DNA from: a virus
Taxonomy: Duplodnaviria; Caudoviricetes
Reading direction: 5' to 3' (one strand)
Virus record (IMG/VR): IMGVR_UViG_3300032321_001791
Span: 1 to 25,479 of that record
DNA: 25,479 nucleotides
Both the position numbers and the translations under genes were made by a program. Of this stretch, positions 9,936-19,233 are shown piece by piece. The first letter of the stretch is position 1. Each line of letters begins with the position of its first letter. Under the pieces are notes generated by a model. That model saw only the letters and a list, made by a program, of their open reading frames with translations. It was not told the origin of the DNA and searched no databases.

Positions 9936-10669
9936 ACGACTTTAATTTTTATTTTTGGTCTTGCTTTAATGTAAGAGGCAGAAATTCCATGTATCCTCAT
10001 GTTATCGAAAAAGCATGGATAGATAATAGGTTTAATATATGGAAGAATTTTACATATAAAAGCGTTTGTAATCAGCTAGATAAAAATTACAAGTACATCC
10101 TAGAAATTGACGAGATTAACTACGACTATACATCTAGCCTATTCAACGCCTTAAATGATGAAAAATTGGTTTTATTAAAAAATACCCTAATTGAGAATAA
10201 ACTTGATACAACAAATAATATTATAGCTAGAATGGATTCAGATGATATGTATAGAAATGATGCAATTATTAAGTTTAAAGAAACATTCATTAATAATCCA
10301 GATATAGAATATGTAATGATGAGCAAAGGTTATTTTATAAATGTTAATACTTTTGAAATAAAGAGATATTATTCTCCATCTGGACCATTTTTTGCTGCAA
10401 AAATTCCACAAAATTTAAATAGTTATACATCTACAATGGATACTCCAATTTTTATTGGTCATGGACAAGTGAAGCATAAACCATATAGATTTATAGATGA
10501 AAATATGGCTATGGTAACATCTCACGATTACAATACAGATCAATGGCAATTCAGACAAACAGCTCAACATACTTCAAACGTTGGAGCAGTTCGCATGCAA
10601 GAAGCAGAGCCTTGCTCAGAAGAAGAGCTTAATAATAAAACTTCAATCTTACAAACTTTTGGTTTATAA
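9932..10669 (+). CDS. GT-A glycosyltransferase, putative rhamnosyl-transferase-like family
   Basis: WIDNRFNIWKNFTYKSVCNQ..KNY and ARMDSDD motifs. Confidence 0.7.
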   Translation: MNDFNFYFWSCFNVRGRNSMYPHVIEKAWIDNRFNIWKNFTYKSVCNQLDKNYKYILEIDEINYDYTSSLFNALNDEKLVLLKNTLIENKLDTTNNIIARMDSDDMYRNDAIIKFKETFINNPDIEYVMMSKGYFINVNTFEIKRYYSPSGPFFAAKIPQNLNSYTSTMDTPIFIGHGQVKHKPYRFIDENMAMVTSHDYNTDQWQFRQTAQHTSNVGAVRMQEAEPCSEEELNNKTSILQTFGL

Positions 10670-11676
10670 TGAAAATAGCTTTAATTTCTAATGACACAAA
10701 AAATATTTTCCCACATTATGGGAATGGAGGAACTCAATCCTGCGTTGAAAACTTAGCTGTTGGACTACATCAAGCGGGTAAAGATTTTTTTGTAATTTGC
10801 CCTAAAAGAAAATATAAAAACGACATCAATTACCCATTCAAAATAATTGAGGCAGATTTTTTTCCAAAAGAAGACGACATCAAAAATAATAAAACTTATG
10901 AGCAAGCAGTAAACGAAGTGGTGTCTTCGGAGAAACCAGATTTAGTTTTAACACAGCAAGAAGAACTTCTTAATGATCAAAATCTAAAAAATTGTAAGTT
11001 AATAACAACTAGACATGATAGTGGAGACAAGAACAAAGAGCTAATCTATAAGCCTAATCTAAACTATAGATTCATTTCGCAAAACCAATACAATACTTGG
11101 GTAAGATCAGAAGATGACAAAAAATGTTCGTTTTGGTGTTATACAGGATTTTCTGACCAAGAATACGATTTCAATTTAAAACCAGAAGATTATTATTTAT
11201 GGGTAGGAAGTTTTGGTTGGGGATGGGAGGCTAAGGGGCTTAATATATTTATTGAGTTAGCTAATTATTTTAAAGAAAAAAATTTCGTTATTTATGGATG
11301 TGGAAATCCTCCAATAGAAGAACTAGTTTTAAGTTCTGTTAAAGATAATAAAAATATATATTATGGAGGCATGCTAAAAAGAGGAGATCAACATACGAAA
11401 GTTTTTAAAAACGCAAAATGTCTAGTTCAATTATCAAGCATGAATGAAGCGTATGGACGAACAAGCGTAGAAGCTATGACTAAAGGTACTCCAGTAATAA
11501 CAAATTTTAATGGAGCTAATCCAGAAATTGTTGGCACAGGAGGGTTAAGAATAAACTCTGGAGATGAACTATTAAACGCTATAGAAAAAGTTGGCAATCT
11601 AGACAGAGAAGAAGTTTTTAATTATTCAAAAAAATTTCATGTCAAGCATGAAGCAAGGATTTTAACTAATGTTTAG
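10669..11676 (+). CDS. GT4-family (GT-B) glycosyltransferase
   Basis: MKIALI..GNGGTQ, KGL, and EAYGRTSVEAMTKGTPVI (E-x7-E). Confidence 0.9.
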   Translation: MKIALISNDTKNIFPHYGNGGTQSCVENLAVGLHQAGKDFFVICPKRKYKNDINYPFKIIEADFFPKEDDIKNNKTYEQAVNEVVSSEKPDLVLTQQEELLNDQNLKNCKLITTRHDSGDKNKELIYKPNLNYRFISQNQYNTWVRSEDDKKCSFWCYTGFSDQEYDFNLKPEDYYLWVGSFGWGWEAKGLNIFIELANYFKEKNFVIYGCGNPPIEELVLSSVKDNKNIYYGGMLKRGDQHTKVFKNAKCLVQLSSMNEAYGRTSVEAMTKGTPVITNFNGANPEIVGTGGLRINSGDELLNAIEKVGNLDREEVFNYSKKFHVKHEARILTNV

Positions 11677-12115
11677 ACTAAGGAAAATGCAAGAATGTGA
11701 TGTAGCATTCTTTAATCAAACCAGAAATGAATGTAGAGAATTTCTTCATGATAATTCCTATTATACTTATGATCAAAGCTTAGATTGGTTTAAATCAAAG
11801 AATCCGAACTTTTATATATTTGAATTAAATAATGAAAAAATTGGATATTTTAGAACAAGCATAAATGAACATAATGAACTATATATTGGGGCTGATATAA
11901 ATATTAAACACAGAGGCAAGGGGCACGCTAAAGAGGGATATCAAATGTTTTTTGAGATTCTTAAAGAAGAATATGGGGCAAGAGATTTATATCTTGAAGT
12001 ATTCGAATCCAATGAAAGAGCTTACAACTTATATAAAAAGCTTGGCTTTTTTGAAATAAATAGATATAATCTGGAAAGAGGAATAAGTATTAAAATGAAA
12101 AGATCAATTTTATGA
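11669..12115 (+). CDS. GNAT N-acetyltransferase (PseH-like amino-sugar acetyltransferase)
   Basis: HRGKGHAK acetyl-CoA motif A and LEVFESNERAYNLYKKLGF motif B; lies among nucleotide-sugar genes. Confidence 0.8.
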   Translation: MFRLRKMQECDVAFFNQTRNECREFLHDNSYYTYDQSLDWFKSKNPNFYIFELNNEKIGYFRTSINEHNELYIGADINIKHRGKGHAKEGYQMFFEILKEEYGARDLYLEVFESNERAYNLYKKLGFFEINRYNLERGISIKMKRSIL

Positions 12116-13152
12116 ATTTAGAATCTGATTTAAAATATATTGTAGAGAATTTAGGTAAAAAAGATATATCTAAATTTAAGAATAAAACAATTTTAATTAC
12201 TGGAAGCGGTGGTTTTCTAGGTAGATGGTTCGTGCAGATATTTGATTATTTGAATGAAAAATATTTAAATAATACTCTAAAGGTAATATGCTTAGAATCG
12301 CACATAGTAAATGATAATAATATTACTCATAAATCTATAAAAATAGACATTACCAAACCATTCGATCAAGAGCTAAGTGAAAATAATATTAAAAATATAG
12401 ATTATATATTAAATTGCGCAGGAATAGCAAGTCCAGAAAAATATCAAAAATTTCCAGTAGAAACTCTGGATGTGTCTTACTTAGGAACGAAAAACATATT
12501 AGATTTATCTTTTAAATATAAGATAGAAAGCATCATGCTATTCTCTTCTAGCGAAGTTTATGGAACTCCAAGGAAAGACGCAATTCCAACAAAAGAAACT
12601 TATATAGGATCTATCCCAACTACAAGTAATAGAAGCTGTTATGATATAGGAAAACAAGTCCTAGAAACATTAGGTTATGTTTATTTTAATAAGTTTAAAA
12701 CTCCAATTAAAACAGTAAGGCCATTTAATATATATGGACCATTTATGGATGTAAACGATAAAAGAGTTCTTCCTAATTTTGTTAAAAGTTTTATAAAAAA
12801 TGAACCTATTAAAATTTATGGAGATGGAAAACAAACAAGAACATTTTGCTATATTGCAGACTCAATGGTTATGTTTTTGAAGATATTACTGAATGGTAAA
12901 AATGGAGAATGCTATAATATAGGAAATCCTAATCCAGAAATATCAATGATAAAATTGGCTAATTTATTTTACAAAGCTTTAGGTAGTAAGAATAAAGGCA
13001 AATTAATTCCATATCCAAACGCTTACCCCTCGGACGAACCTCTTAGAAGATGTCCAGATATATCTAAAACAATTAAAATTACAAAATTTAAACCAAAAAT
13101 CAAACTTGAAGATGGAATTCATAAAATGTTTGATTACATAAAATCGTTTTAA
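12112..13152 (+). CDS. Extended SDR, UDP-glucuronate decarboxylase (UDP-xylose synthase)-like NAD-dependent epimerase/dehydratase
   Basis: ITGSGGFLG, AGIASPEKY, SSSEVYG, RSCYDIGK (YxxxK), FNIYGP, GDGKQTRTFCY and DEPLRRCPDI motifs. Confidence 0.85.
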   Translation: MNLESDLKYIVENLGKKDISKFKNKTILITGSGGFLGRWFVQIFDYLNEKYLNNTLKVICLESHIVNDNNITHKSIKIDITKPFDQELSENNIKNIDYILNCAGIASPEKYQKFPVETLDVSYLGTKNILDLSFKYKIESIMLFSSSEVYGTPRKDAIPTKETYIGSIPTTSNRSCYDIGKQVLETLGYVYFNKFKTPIKTVRPFNIYGPFMDVNDKRVLPNFVKSFIKNEPIKIYGDGKQTRTFCYIADSMVMFLKILLNGKNGECYNIGNPNPEISMIKLANLFYKALGSKNKGKLIPYPNAYPSDEPLRRCPDISKTIKITKFKPKIKLEDGIHKMFDYIKSF

Positions 13153-13155
13153 TAA

Positions 13156-13803
13156 ATGAATCTTTCGGTCCAAGAGTTTATTGATAGCTCTGTAGAGCAT
13201 ACCACCAGAAATAGCGTGCCTCCTATTGAACCAAAAAATAGACATATATGGGAAAGCATGCTGTTATATTCAGTAAAAGATAAATTAAAAAATGATGTTA
13301 AATTAATTGATTATGGATGTGGAAATCCTGGAACTTTAGCGATAACTCTTTTGAATAGATATCTACAATCTAAATATTACGGTTTAGACATAATGCATAG
13401 TGCTGAAAATAAAGATTTTGATAGTCAACAAAAGTATATTGGGCATATTTCTAATTTAGAATATATTATAGATAAAGTTGACTGTATGATTGCTGGAAGC
13501 GTATTAACTCATTTAGCTTGGGAAGATATAGTTCAATTACTAAATAAATGCAAACCATTATTTGATAATGGTGGAGAATTTGGTTTTTCTATATTTAAAG
13601 GAGATAGTTATAATTTATACTCTAAAGATCCAACCGCATCATATTATCACGTTGTTGAACTTCCAATTGAATATTTAGAAAATTATTGTAAGGACAATAA
13701 TTTAAAATTAAAATTATTAGATTTTCAATTTGAAATAGACCATAATATTGAGTATGAAAATAAAAAATTTAATAAACAATATTTTTGTAATATAAGAAAA
13801 TGA
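13156..13803 (+). CDS. Class I SAM-dependent methyltransferase
   Basis: LIDYGCG motif I, YYGLDI motif II, and SVLTHL. Confidence 0.8.
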   Translation: MNLSVQEFIDSSVEHTTRNSVPPIEPKNRHIWESMLLYSVKDKLKNDVKLIDYGCGNPGTLAITLLNRYLQSKYYGLDIMHSAENKDFDSQQKYIGHISNLEYIIDKVDCMIAGSVLTHLAWEDIVQLLNKCKPLFDNGGEFGFSIFKGDSYNLYSKDPTASYYHVVELPIEYLENYCKDNNLKLKLLDFQFEIDHNIEYENKKFNKQYFCNIRK

Positions 13804-14885
13804 TACCTTTATTTAAACTACATAAACCTAAAAACATTGGTCAAGTACTGGAACAAGTTTTTGACTCAGGATTCTTAACAGAAGGAGAGTATTCGGACAG
13901 ATTTGAATTGGAATTTGGTAAATTCATTGGGAATGAAAATATGTGCCTTGTTAATAGTTGTACATCAGCCTTAGCTTTGGCTGCGCATGTTATAGGGATA
14001 AAGCCTGGAGACGAAGTCATTACAACCGCTATGACTTGTATGGCTACAAATGAACCATTTTTTAATTTAGGAGCAAAGCTAGTTTTTGCAGATGTTAACA
14101 AAGAAAATGGAAATATTGATGTCAAAGATATTGAAAGAAAAATCACCCCAAAAACAAAAGCTATTGTGGTCGTACATTGGGCTGGACTACCAGTAGAATT
14201 AGATGAGATACATGAAATTGCAAAAAGACATTCAATAAAGGTAGTAGAAGATGCAGCGCACGCTTTAAGAGCAGAATACAAAGGTAAGAGAATAGGCAAT
14301 CATAGCGATTTTGTTTGCTTTTCTTTTCAAGCCATTAAGCATTTAACAACAGCAGATGGTGGAGCAATTGCATGCAAATCGAAAGATGATGCAGTTAGAA
14401 TTAGAAAATTAAGATGGTTCGGATTAGATAGAGGAATCAAAGGCATGCAAAGGTGGACTCAAGACATTCCAGAAAGCGGATTTAAATATCATATGAATAA
14501 CTTAAATGCCGCGATTGGATTAGAGCAATTAAAATATATTGACGATTTAATCAATAAGCATATAGAAAATGGTATTTATTATAATCAAAATATAAATAAT
14601 CCAAAAATACAAAAAATCCCTCAAAATGAATATTCTCAATCAGCATATTGGATGTACTCTCTTCTAGTAGAAGACAGAACTCATTTTCAAAAATATTTAT
14701 CTGAAAATGGTATAGGATCAGATTATGTTCACGTTAGAAATGATCAATATAGCGTATTTAAAGATTTTAAAACTGAATTATCAGGAATGGATTATTTTGA
14801 GTCAAGATTAATGAATATACCAGTTGGATGGTGGTTAACCAAAGAAGATAGAGATAAAATCGTTTCAGTAGTTAATCAATATTAA
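13800..14885 (+). CDS. DegT/DnrJ/EryC1/StrS PLP-dependent sugar aminotransferase (perosamine synthetase-like)
   Basis: NSCTSAL, GDEVIT, VVHWAG, EDAAHA, and FSFQAIKHLTTADGG containing the PLP Lys. Confidence 0.92.
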   Translation: MIPLFKLHKPKNIGQVLEQVFDSGFLTEGEYSDRFELEFGKFIGNENMCLVNSCTSALALAAHVIGIKPGDEVITTAMTCMATNEPFFNLGAKLVFADVNKENGNIDVKDIERKITPKTKAIVVVHWAGLPVELDEIHEIAKRHSIKVVEDAAHALRAEYKGKRIGNHSDFVCFSFQAIKHLTTADGGAIACKSKDDAVRIRKLRWFGLDRGIKGMQRWTQDIPESGFKYHMNNLNAAIGLEQLKYIDDLINKHIENGIYYNQNINNPKIQKIPQNEYSQSAYWMYSLLVEDRTHFQKYLSENGIGSDYVHVRNDQYSVFKDFKTELSGMDYFESRLMNIPVGWWLTKEDRDKIVSVVNQY

Positions 14886-14886
14886 A

Positions 14887-15900
14887 ATGATTCATTCTTT
14901 GGCGGAATTGAAAGATAAGGTCAAATTTATTCCTTCAGATGAAGCTAAAAAATTAGCGAGTGTTGCTGGTTTTGTAGCTGCAAAAGGAACAGATGATTCA
15001 GATTTTACTTATTTAAGTGGCAAAGAAATATTTCAACCAGCCACAGGCCATATACTTAGATATTTATCTGTCAATCAAGACAAATATCATTGGATTGGAC
15101 ATTCAGAATTTTCTTGGTTCGTAGCAGAAGCTTTACCAGTAATTTATGGACTATTCATAAAGAACCATTTGGAACATGTAGTTTCATTCGAGGGTTCTGA
15201 ACCATATCTGTTTTTTTTACCAAATGATAAATACCTAATCTCTTCTGGATGTCAAGTGGGTACTTTGGGTGGATCACCTCCTTACTTAGGAAATGCTATT
15301 TATGAAAAAGAGTATAAATCTATAAGTCCATATTGGACTCCTCCACCATTAAAAAATTTCTATAAAGATAAAATTAAATTTAATTTTACTAAACCATTAT
15401 TAATTATAAACAATAAGCTAACAGATGAATGGTCAGGACGGCCAATTAACTGTTTTTATAGCGATGAATTAGAAAGATTATTAAAAATTCTTGATAACAA
15501 ATACGCCATAGGTTATATTAGAGCGCTAGGAAATGAAAATGGATTTTGTAATGATGGAAGCGTAATGGAAAAGAGTAATGATTTTGAAGTTGTACAAAAA
15601 AATTGTTCTGAATTTATCTTTATCCAAGATTTAATGCATCATTTGAAAATAAATTTCAACTTGGCACAATGTTTGATGCATGCTCAAAGCGATTTACATA
15701 TATCTTCTGCTGGTGGAAACGCTATTCTAGCCAGTTATTTCGGAGGGAAAAATATAATGATAGGCAGAGGGTTGTATTTTAATAACAGGCAAATATGGGG
15801 AGAAGATTCTTGGCTTAAACATTTGTCTGGATCTAAGATACTTCATGTAGATTTGGAGCTAAATAACAACTGGGAAGAGCAAATAAAAAATCTACTCTAA
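14887..15900 (+). CDS. Hypothetical protein, possible GT-B-fold glycosyltransferase
   Basis: 337 aa inside the operon. The C-terminal SDLHISSAGGNAILASYFG resembles the GT9-like nucleotide-binding segment; weak evidence. Confidence 0.45.
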   Translation: MIHSLAELKDKVKFIPSDEAKKLASVAGFVAAKGTDDSDFTYLSGKEIFQPATGHILRYLSVNQDKYHWIGHSEFSWFVAEALPVIYGLFIKNHLEHVVSFEGSEPYLFFLPNDKYLISSGCQVGTLGGSPPYLGNAIYEKEYKSISPYWTPPPLKNFYKDKIKFNFTKPLLIINNKLTDEWSGRPINCFYSDELERLLKILDNKYAIGYIRALGNENGFCNDGSVMEKSNDFEVVQKNCSEFIFIQDLMHHLKINFNLAQCLMHAQSDLHISSAGGNAILASYFGGKNIMIGRGLYFNNRQIWGEDSWLKHLSGSKILHVDLELNNNWEEQIKNLL

Positions 15901-15901
15901 T

Positions 15902-17047
15902 ATGAGCAATAACTTTCAAGAAACTTATTATGGCAAGAAAATAGATACTGCTAATATTTTAAATATCGAAGATGCAAGTAAACTTATAAAAGGAAGAAAA
16001 ACTGTTGTTATAACTGGGGTCACTGGGCAAGATGGAAGTCATATGGTAGACTTTCTTTTAAAGAATACAGATTTATTAATCTTTGGAGGGGTTAGAAGAT
16101 TAAGCGTATACAATCATGAAAATATCAAACACATTCAATCTGACAGATTTCATTTAATTAACTTTGATCTTACAGATTCTCACGCTATAGCCAGAACAGT
16201 TGAAAAACTTCAACCAGATTATTTTATAAATTTCGCAGCTCAAAGTTTTGTGGCTAGTAGTTGGGATTTCGCAAAACAAACTTGGGCAACAAACTCAACT
16301 AGCGTTTTAGATATACTAGAAGCTATTAGGCTTTATAAACCATCCTGCAGATTATATCAGGCTGGCTCTAGCGAAGAATTTGGAAATGTATTGTATAGCC
16401 CACAAGATGAAAACCATCCATTAAGACCAAGAAGCCCATACGGAGCAAGTAAAGCTGCTTCTAGACAGCTGATTAAAGTATATAGAGATTCTTACAATCT
16501 TTACGCAATTCAAGGGTGGTTATTTAATCACGAAGGAATTCGCAGAGGCGAAGAATTTGTAACAAGAAAAATAACTAAAAATATTGCAAGAATTTTTAAT
16601 GCTTTAAAAAATAATGAAGAATTCAAACCGCTTGAACTTGGTAATATGGAAGCGAAAAGAGATTGGAGCGATGCCGAAGATTTTATAGAAGGCGTGTGGA
16701 TGATGTTAAATCAAGACCACTATAATCATAACTATAATGGAATACCTCAAGAATATGTATTTTCTTCTAACGAAACTCATACTATCAAAGAGTTTGTGGA
16801 AAAGGCTTTTGCTGTAGCTGGAATTAATGGTAAATGGATAGGTGAAAATGAACAGGCAATGTATGTATCAAGTGAAAATAAAATACTAGTACAGGTTAAT
16901 CCTAAATTCTATAGACCAGCAGAAGTAGAATTATTGTTAGGCAACTCAGATAAAGCCAGAAAAGAGCTTGGATGGAAACCAAAAATTTCATTTGACAATC
17001 TAGTAAAAAAGATGGTAGAATGTGATATTGAAAATTTCAAATCATAA
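15902..17047 (+). CDS. gmd: GDP-mannose 4,6-dehydratase
   Basis: ITGVTGQDG, AAQSFV, SSEEFG, PRSPYGASK, LFNHE, LGN...KRDW and YRPAEVELLLG motifs. Confidence 0.95.
   Translation: MSNNFQETYYGKKIDTANILNIEDASKLIKGRKTVVITGVTGQDGSHMVDFLLKNTDLLIFGGVRRLSVYNHENIKHIQSDRFHLINFDLTDSHAIARTVEKLQPDYFINFAAQSFVASSWDFAKQTWATNSTSVLDILEAIRLYKPSCRLYQAGSSEEFGNVLYSPQDENHPLRPRSPYGASKAASRQLIKVYRDSYNLYAIQGWLFNHEGIRRGEEFVTRKITKNIARIFNALKNNEEFKPLELGNMEAKRDWSDAEDFIEGVWMMLNQDHYNHNYNGIPQEYVFSSNETHTIKEFVEKAFAVAGINGKWIGENEQAMYVSSENKILVQVNPKFYRPAEVELLLGNSDKARKELGWKPKISFDNLVKKMVECDIENFKS
16992..17021 (+). promoter_or_regulatory. Sigma70-like promoter inside the 3' end of gmd
   Basis: TTGACA-N18-TAGAAT with a TGn extension. 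Confidence 0.55.
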
Positions 17048-17372
17048 GCTTTGCCAATTAATAGTTAAAAAATATATAAAAGGAAATATTAGTTGGCCAA
17101 GAGAAATCAAAATAGCCCAAAGACTTATTAAAAAATTTAATTCTTTTGATTTTTGGGACAACTTAAAGGAACTCGGTAGCCCACCACCATCTTTAGCATG
17201 GTTCTTAAAAGCAGAAGGTAAAGCTTTCTTATTAAAGGAATATGAAAACTTTAATTTAAATCTGAATAAAAAAGAAATAGTTTTAGAACAAAATAAAATT
17301 GATTATGATAAAAAGATTTGCCAAAAGCCTAAAACTCTGCTAGAATTTATAAGATATGGGAAGAAAACCTAA
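17022..17372 (+). CDS. Hypothetical basic protein (start uncertain: GTG 17022 or TTG 17028)
   Basis: 116-aa ORF filling the gap between gmd and recA; no motif recognised. Confidence 0.6.
   Translation: MILKISNHKLCQLIVKKYIKGNISWPREIKIAQRLIKKFNSFDFWDNLKELGSPPPSLAWFLKAEGKAFLLKEYENFNLNLNKKEIVLEQNKIDYDKKICQKPKTLLEFIRYGKKT
17318..17346 (+). promoter_or_regulatory. Sigma70-like promoter upstream of recA/uvsX
   Basis: TTGCCA-N17-TAGAAT with a TGn extension, 9 nt before the ATG at 17356. Confidence 0.6.
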
Positions 17373-18498
17373 AGAAGAAATTGTTGAATCATCTGGTCCA
17401 AGCGCATCAGATAGATTATTATCATTCTTAAAAGACAATAAGGACGATCATTATAACTTTGAAGATGAAGTTTACTATAAAGTATCAACTGGTAGTCTAA
17501 ACCTAGATATAGCCACAAGCGGTGGTTTATGCCCAGGATTACATAGATTTATTGGAATGAATGAAGGCGGTAAAACTTCCGAAGCACTTGAAGTAACTAA
17601 GAATTTTCTTAAATCAGTTCAAAGTTCTAGAGCGTTGCTCTTTAAAGCTGAAGGAAGACTAAGCAAAGAAATTAAAGAACGCTCTGGAATTAAGTTTGTA
17701 ACAGACCCCAAAGAGTGGATTGATGGAACTTGTTTTGTATTTGAATGTAATATTTTTGAAACTGTTTCAGAATTAATGAAAGATCTGATTCAATCTAATG
17801 ATGAAGATAAAAGATATATATTTATTCTTGATTCAGTTGACGGATTGATGACTAAAGGCGATTCTCAAAAAAGCATGACAGAGGCAACAAAGGTTGCTGG
17901 AGGAGCAGTAATATCATCAATGTTAATGAAAAAGATTTCTCTAGCTCTTTCTAAGCGAGGTCATATGGCAATTTTCATTAGTCAAGTTAGATCTGATATT
18001 AAACTTGATCCTTATGCTGCCAATAAAGATATTCGCCAAACGACTGCAACTGGAGGAAATGCATTATTGCATTTTGCCAACTGGATTCTTGAGTTTGAAC
18101 CAAAGTTTAACAAAGACCTTATTCTTGAAAAACCAAATGACAAATATGATCCAATTAAGAATAAGATTATTGGACATAATGTTAAGATCATAATTAAAAA
18201 ATCAACAAATGAATCAACCAATTCAAAGGTTCAATATCCTATTAAATATGGTCGTAAAGATGGCTCTTCTGTATGGAGAGAGTATGAGGTAATAGATCAA
18301 ATATTATCTTGGGAGTTTGCAACCGCAAAAGGAGCATGGGTAACATTCACGGATGAAATCGTAGAAGAACTTAAAAAAATAAATCTAGAACTTAAAAAAC
18401 AGCATCAAGGTATAGATAATCTTAGATTATATCTTGAAGAAAATAAAGAGATTGTAGACTATTTTTATACTAAATTTATAAATACTCTTGCGTCATGA
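17356..18498 (+). CDS. recA: RecA/UvsX-family recombinase
   Basis: STGSLNLDIA..GG, Walker A GMNEGGKT, Walker B FILDSV, FISQVR and TGGNAL motifs. Confidence 0.9.
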   Translation: MGRKPKEEIVESSGPSASDRLLSFLKDNKDDHYNFEDEVYYKVSTGSLNLDIATSGGLCPGLHRFIGMNEGGKTSEALEVTKNFLKSVQSSRALLFKAEGRLSKEIKERSGIKFVTDPKEWIDGTCFVFECNIFETVSELMKDLIQSNDEDKRYIFILDSVDGLMTKGDSQKSMTEATKVAGGAVISSMLMKKISLALSKRGHMAIFISQVRSDIKLDPYAANKDIRQTTATGGNALLHFANWILEFEPKFNKDLILEKPNDKYDPIKNKIIGHNVKIIIKKSTNESTNSKVQYPIKYGRKDGSSVWREYEVIDQILSWEFATAKGAWVTFTDEIVEELKKINLELKKQHQGIDNLRLYLEENKEIVDYFYTKFINTLAS

Positions 18499-18914
18499 GA
18501 CTATTAAATATTAACGGGAAACTCGTTAATAAAAATGTAAGAAAAAATCTTATAAACTGGGAAGGCAAAAGTCGAAGCAAACTCCAGTTTAGATTTAAAC
18601 AATTTTTTTATCCTTATTGGAAAAATCATATTGTTTATGAAGAATTTCCTGTTTATGGAACAATGCTTAAAGTTGATATATTAAATGCAACAAAAAGGAT
18701 AGCAATTGAAATACAAGGCAATCAACATGAATCATTTAATAAATTTTTTCATGATAATTCTAGATTAAAATATTTACAAAGCATAAAAAGAGATGTAAAA
18801 AAAGAAAAATGGCTTGAGATAAATGGATTTAAATTCCTAGAGTTATATGAAAATGATTTAAAAATTTTATCACCACAATATATAGAAGAAAAATTCAATA
18901 TATTCATTATTTAG
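18495..18914 (+). CDS. DUF559/Vsr-like PD-(D/E)XK endonuclease
   Basis: SKLQ..., EEFPV..LKVDI..IAIEIQGNQH and RDVKK motifs. Confidence 0.8.
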   Translation: MRLLNINGKLVNKNVRKNLINWEGKSRSKLQFRFKQFFYPYWKNHIVYEEFPVYGTMLKVDILNATKRIAIEIQGNQHESFNKFFHDNSRLKYLQSIKRDVKKEKWLEINGFKFLELYENDLKILSPQYIEEKFNIFII

Positions 18915-18919
18915 TGTAA
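18913..18919 (+). promoter_or_regulatory. AGTGTAA motif 9 nt upstream of the GTG at 18929
   Basis: Same motif and spacing as at position 1. Confidence 0.5.
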
Positions 18920-18928
18920 AACTTTTTA

Positions 18929-19186
18929 GTGACTAATAAGAAAAAATTTAATTTTCCAGAATCATTATTAAAACAAATAGACGAATGTAGTTTTGGTGGA
19001 TATGTGCTTTTTAATTTCTCAAATAAAGGCGACCCTCAAGTATATACAAAATTTGATAATCAAATAAATGCTATGGCTTTATTATATTATATTAATACTT
19101 GGAGTCAAAGTATAGATCAATTAAATTTAGAGGCCACAACAGATTTAATAGCTAGAAAAAACGAAGAAGAAGACGACGAAGAATAA
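18929..19186 (+). CDS. Hypothetical 85-aa protein with acidic tail
   Basis: ORF fills the gap and ends EEEDDEE. Confidence 0.7.
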   Translation: MTNKKKFNFPESLLKQIDECSFGGYVLFNFSNKGDPQVYTKFDNQINAMALLYYINTWSQSIDQLNLEATTDLIARKNEEEDDEE

Positions 19187-19195
19187 TATTAAAAC

Positions 19196-19224
19196 TTGAC
19201 TTTTAAATTTTGTTTTGGTATTAT
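19196..19224 (+). promoter_or_regulatory. Sigma70-like promoter upstream of dnaB
   Basis: Intergenic TTGACT-N17-TATTAT with a TGn extension, 9 nt before the ATG. Confidence 0.7.
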
Positions 19225-19233
19225 ATATAAAGG

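Noticed and set aside
13841-14299. 152-aa minus-strand ORF and other short antisense ORFs throughout the window
   Set aside because: They are nested antisense to well-supported genes and carry no motifs; all credible genes are on the + strand.
4145-17047. Ordinary bacterial O-antigen or capsule locus
   Set aside because: No wzx/wzy/wzm/wzt or multi-pass membrane genes are present, and it directly adjoins a phage-style recA-dnaB-thyX-dnaG block. This is not fully excluded without the rest of the contig.
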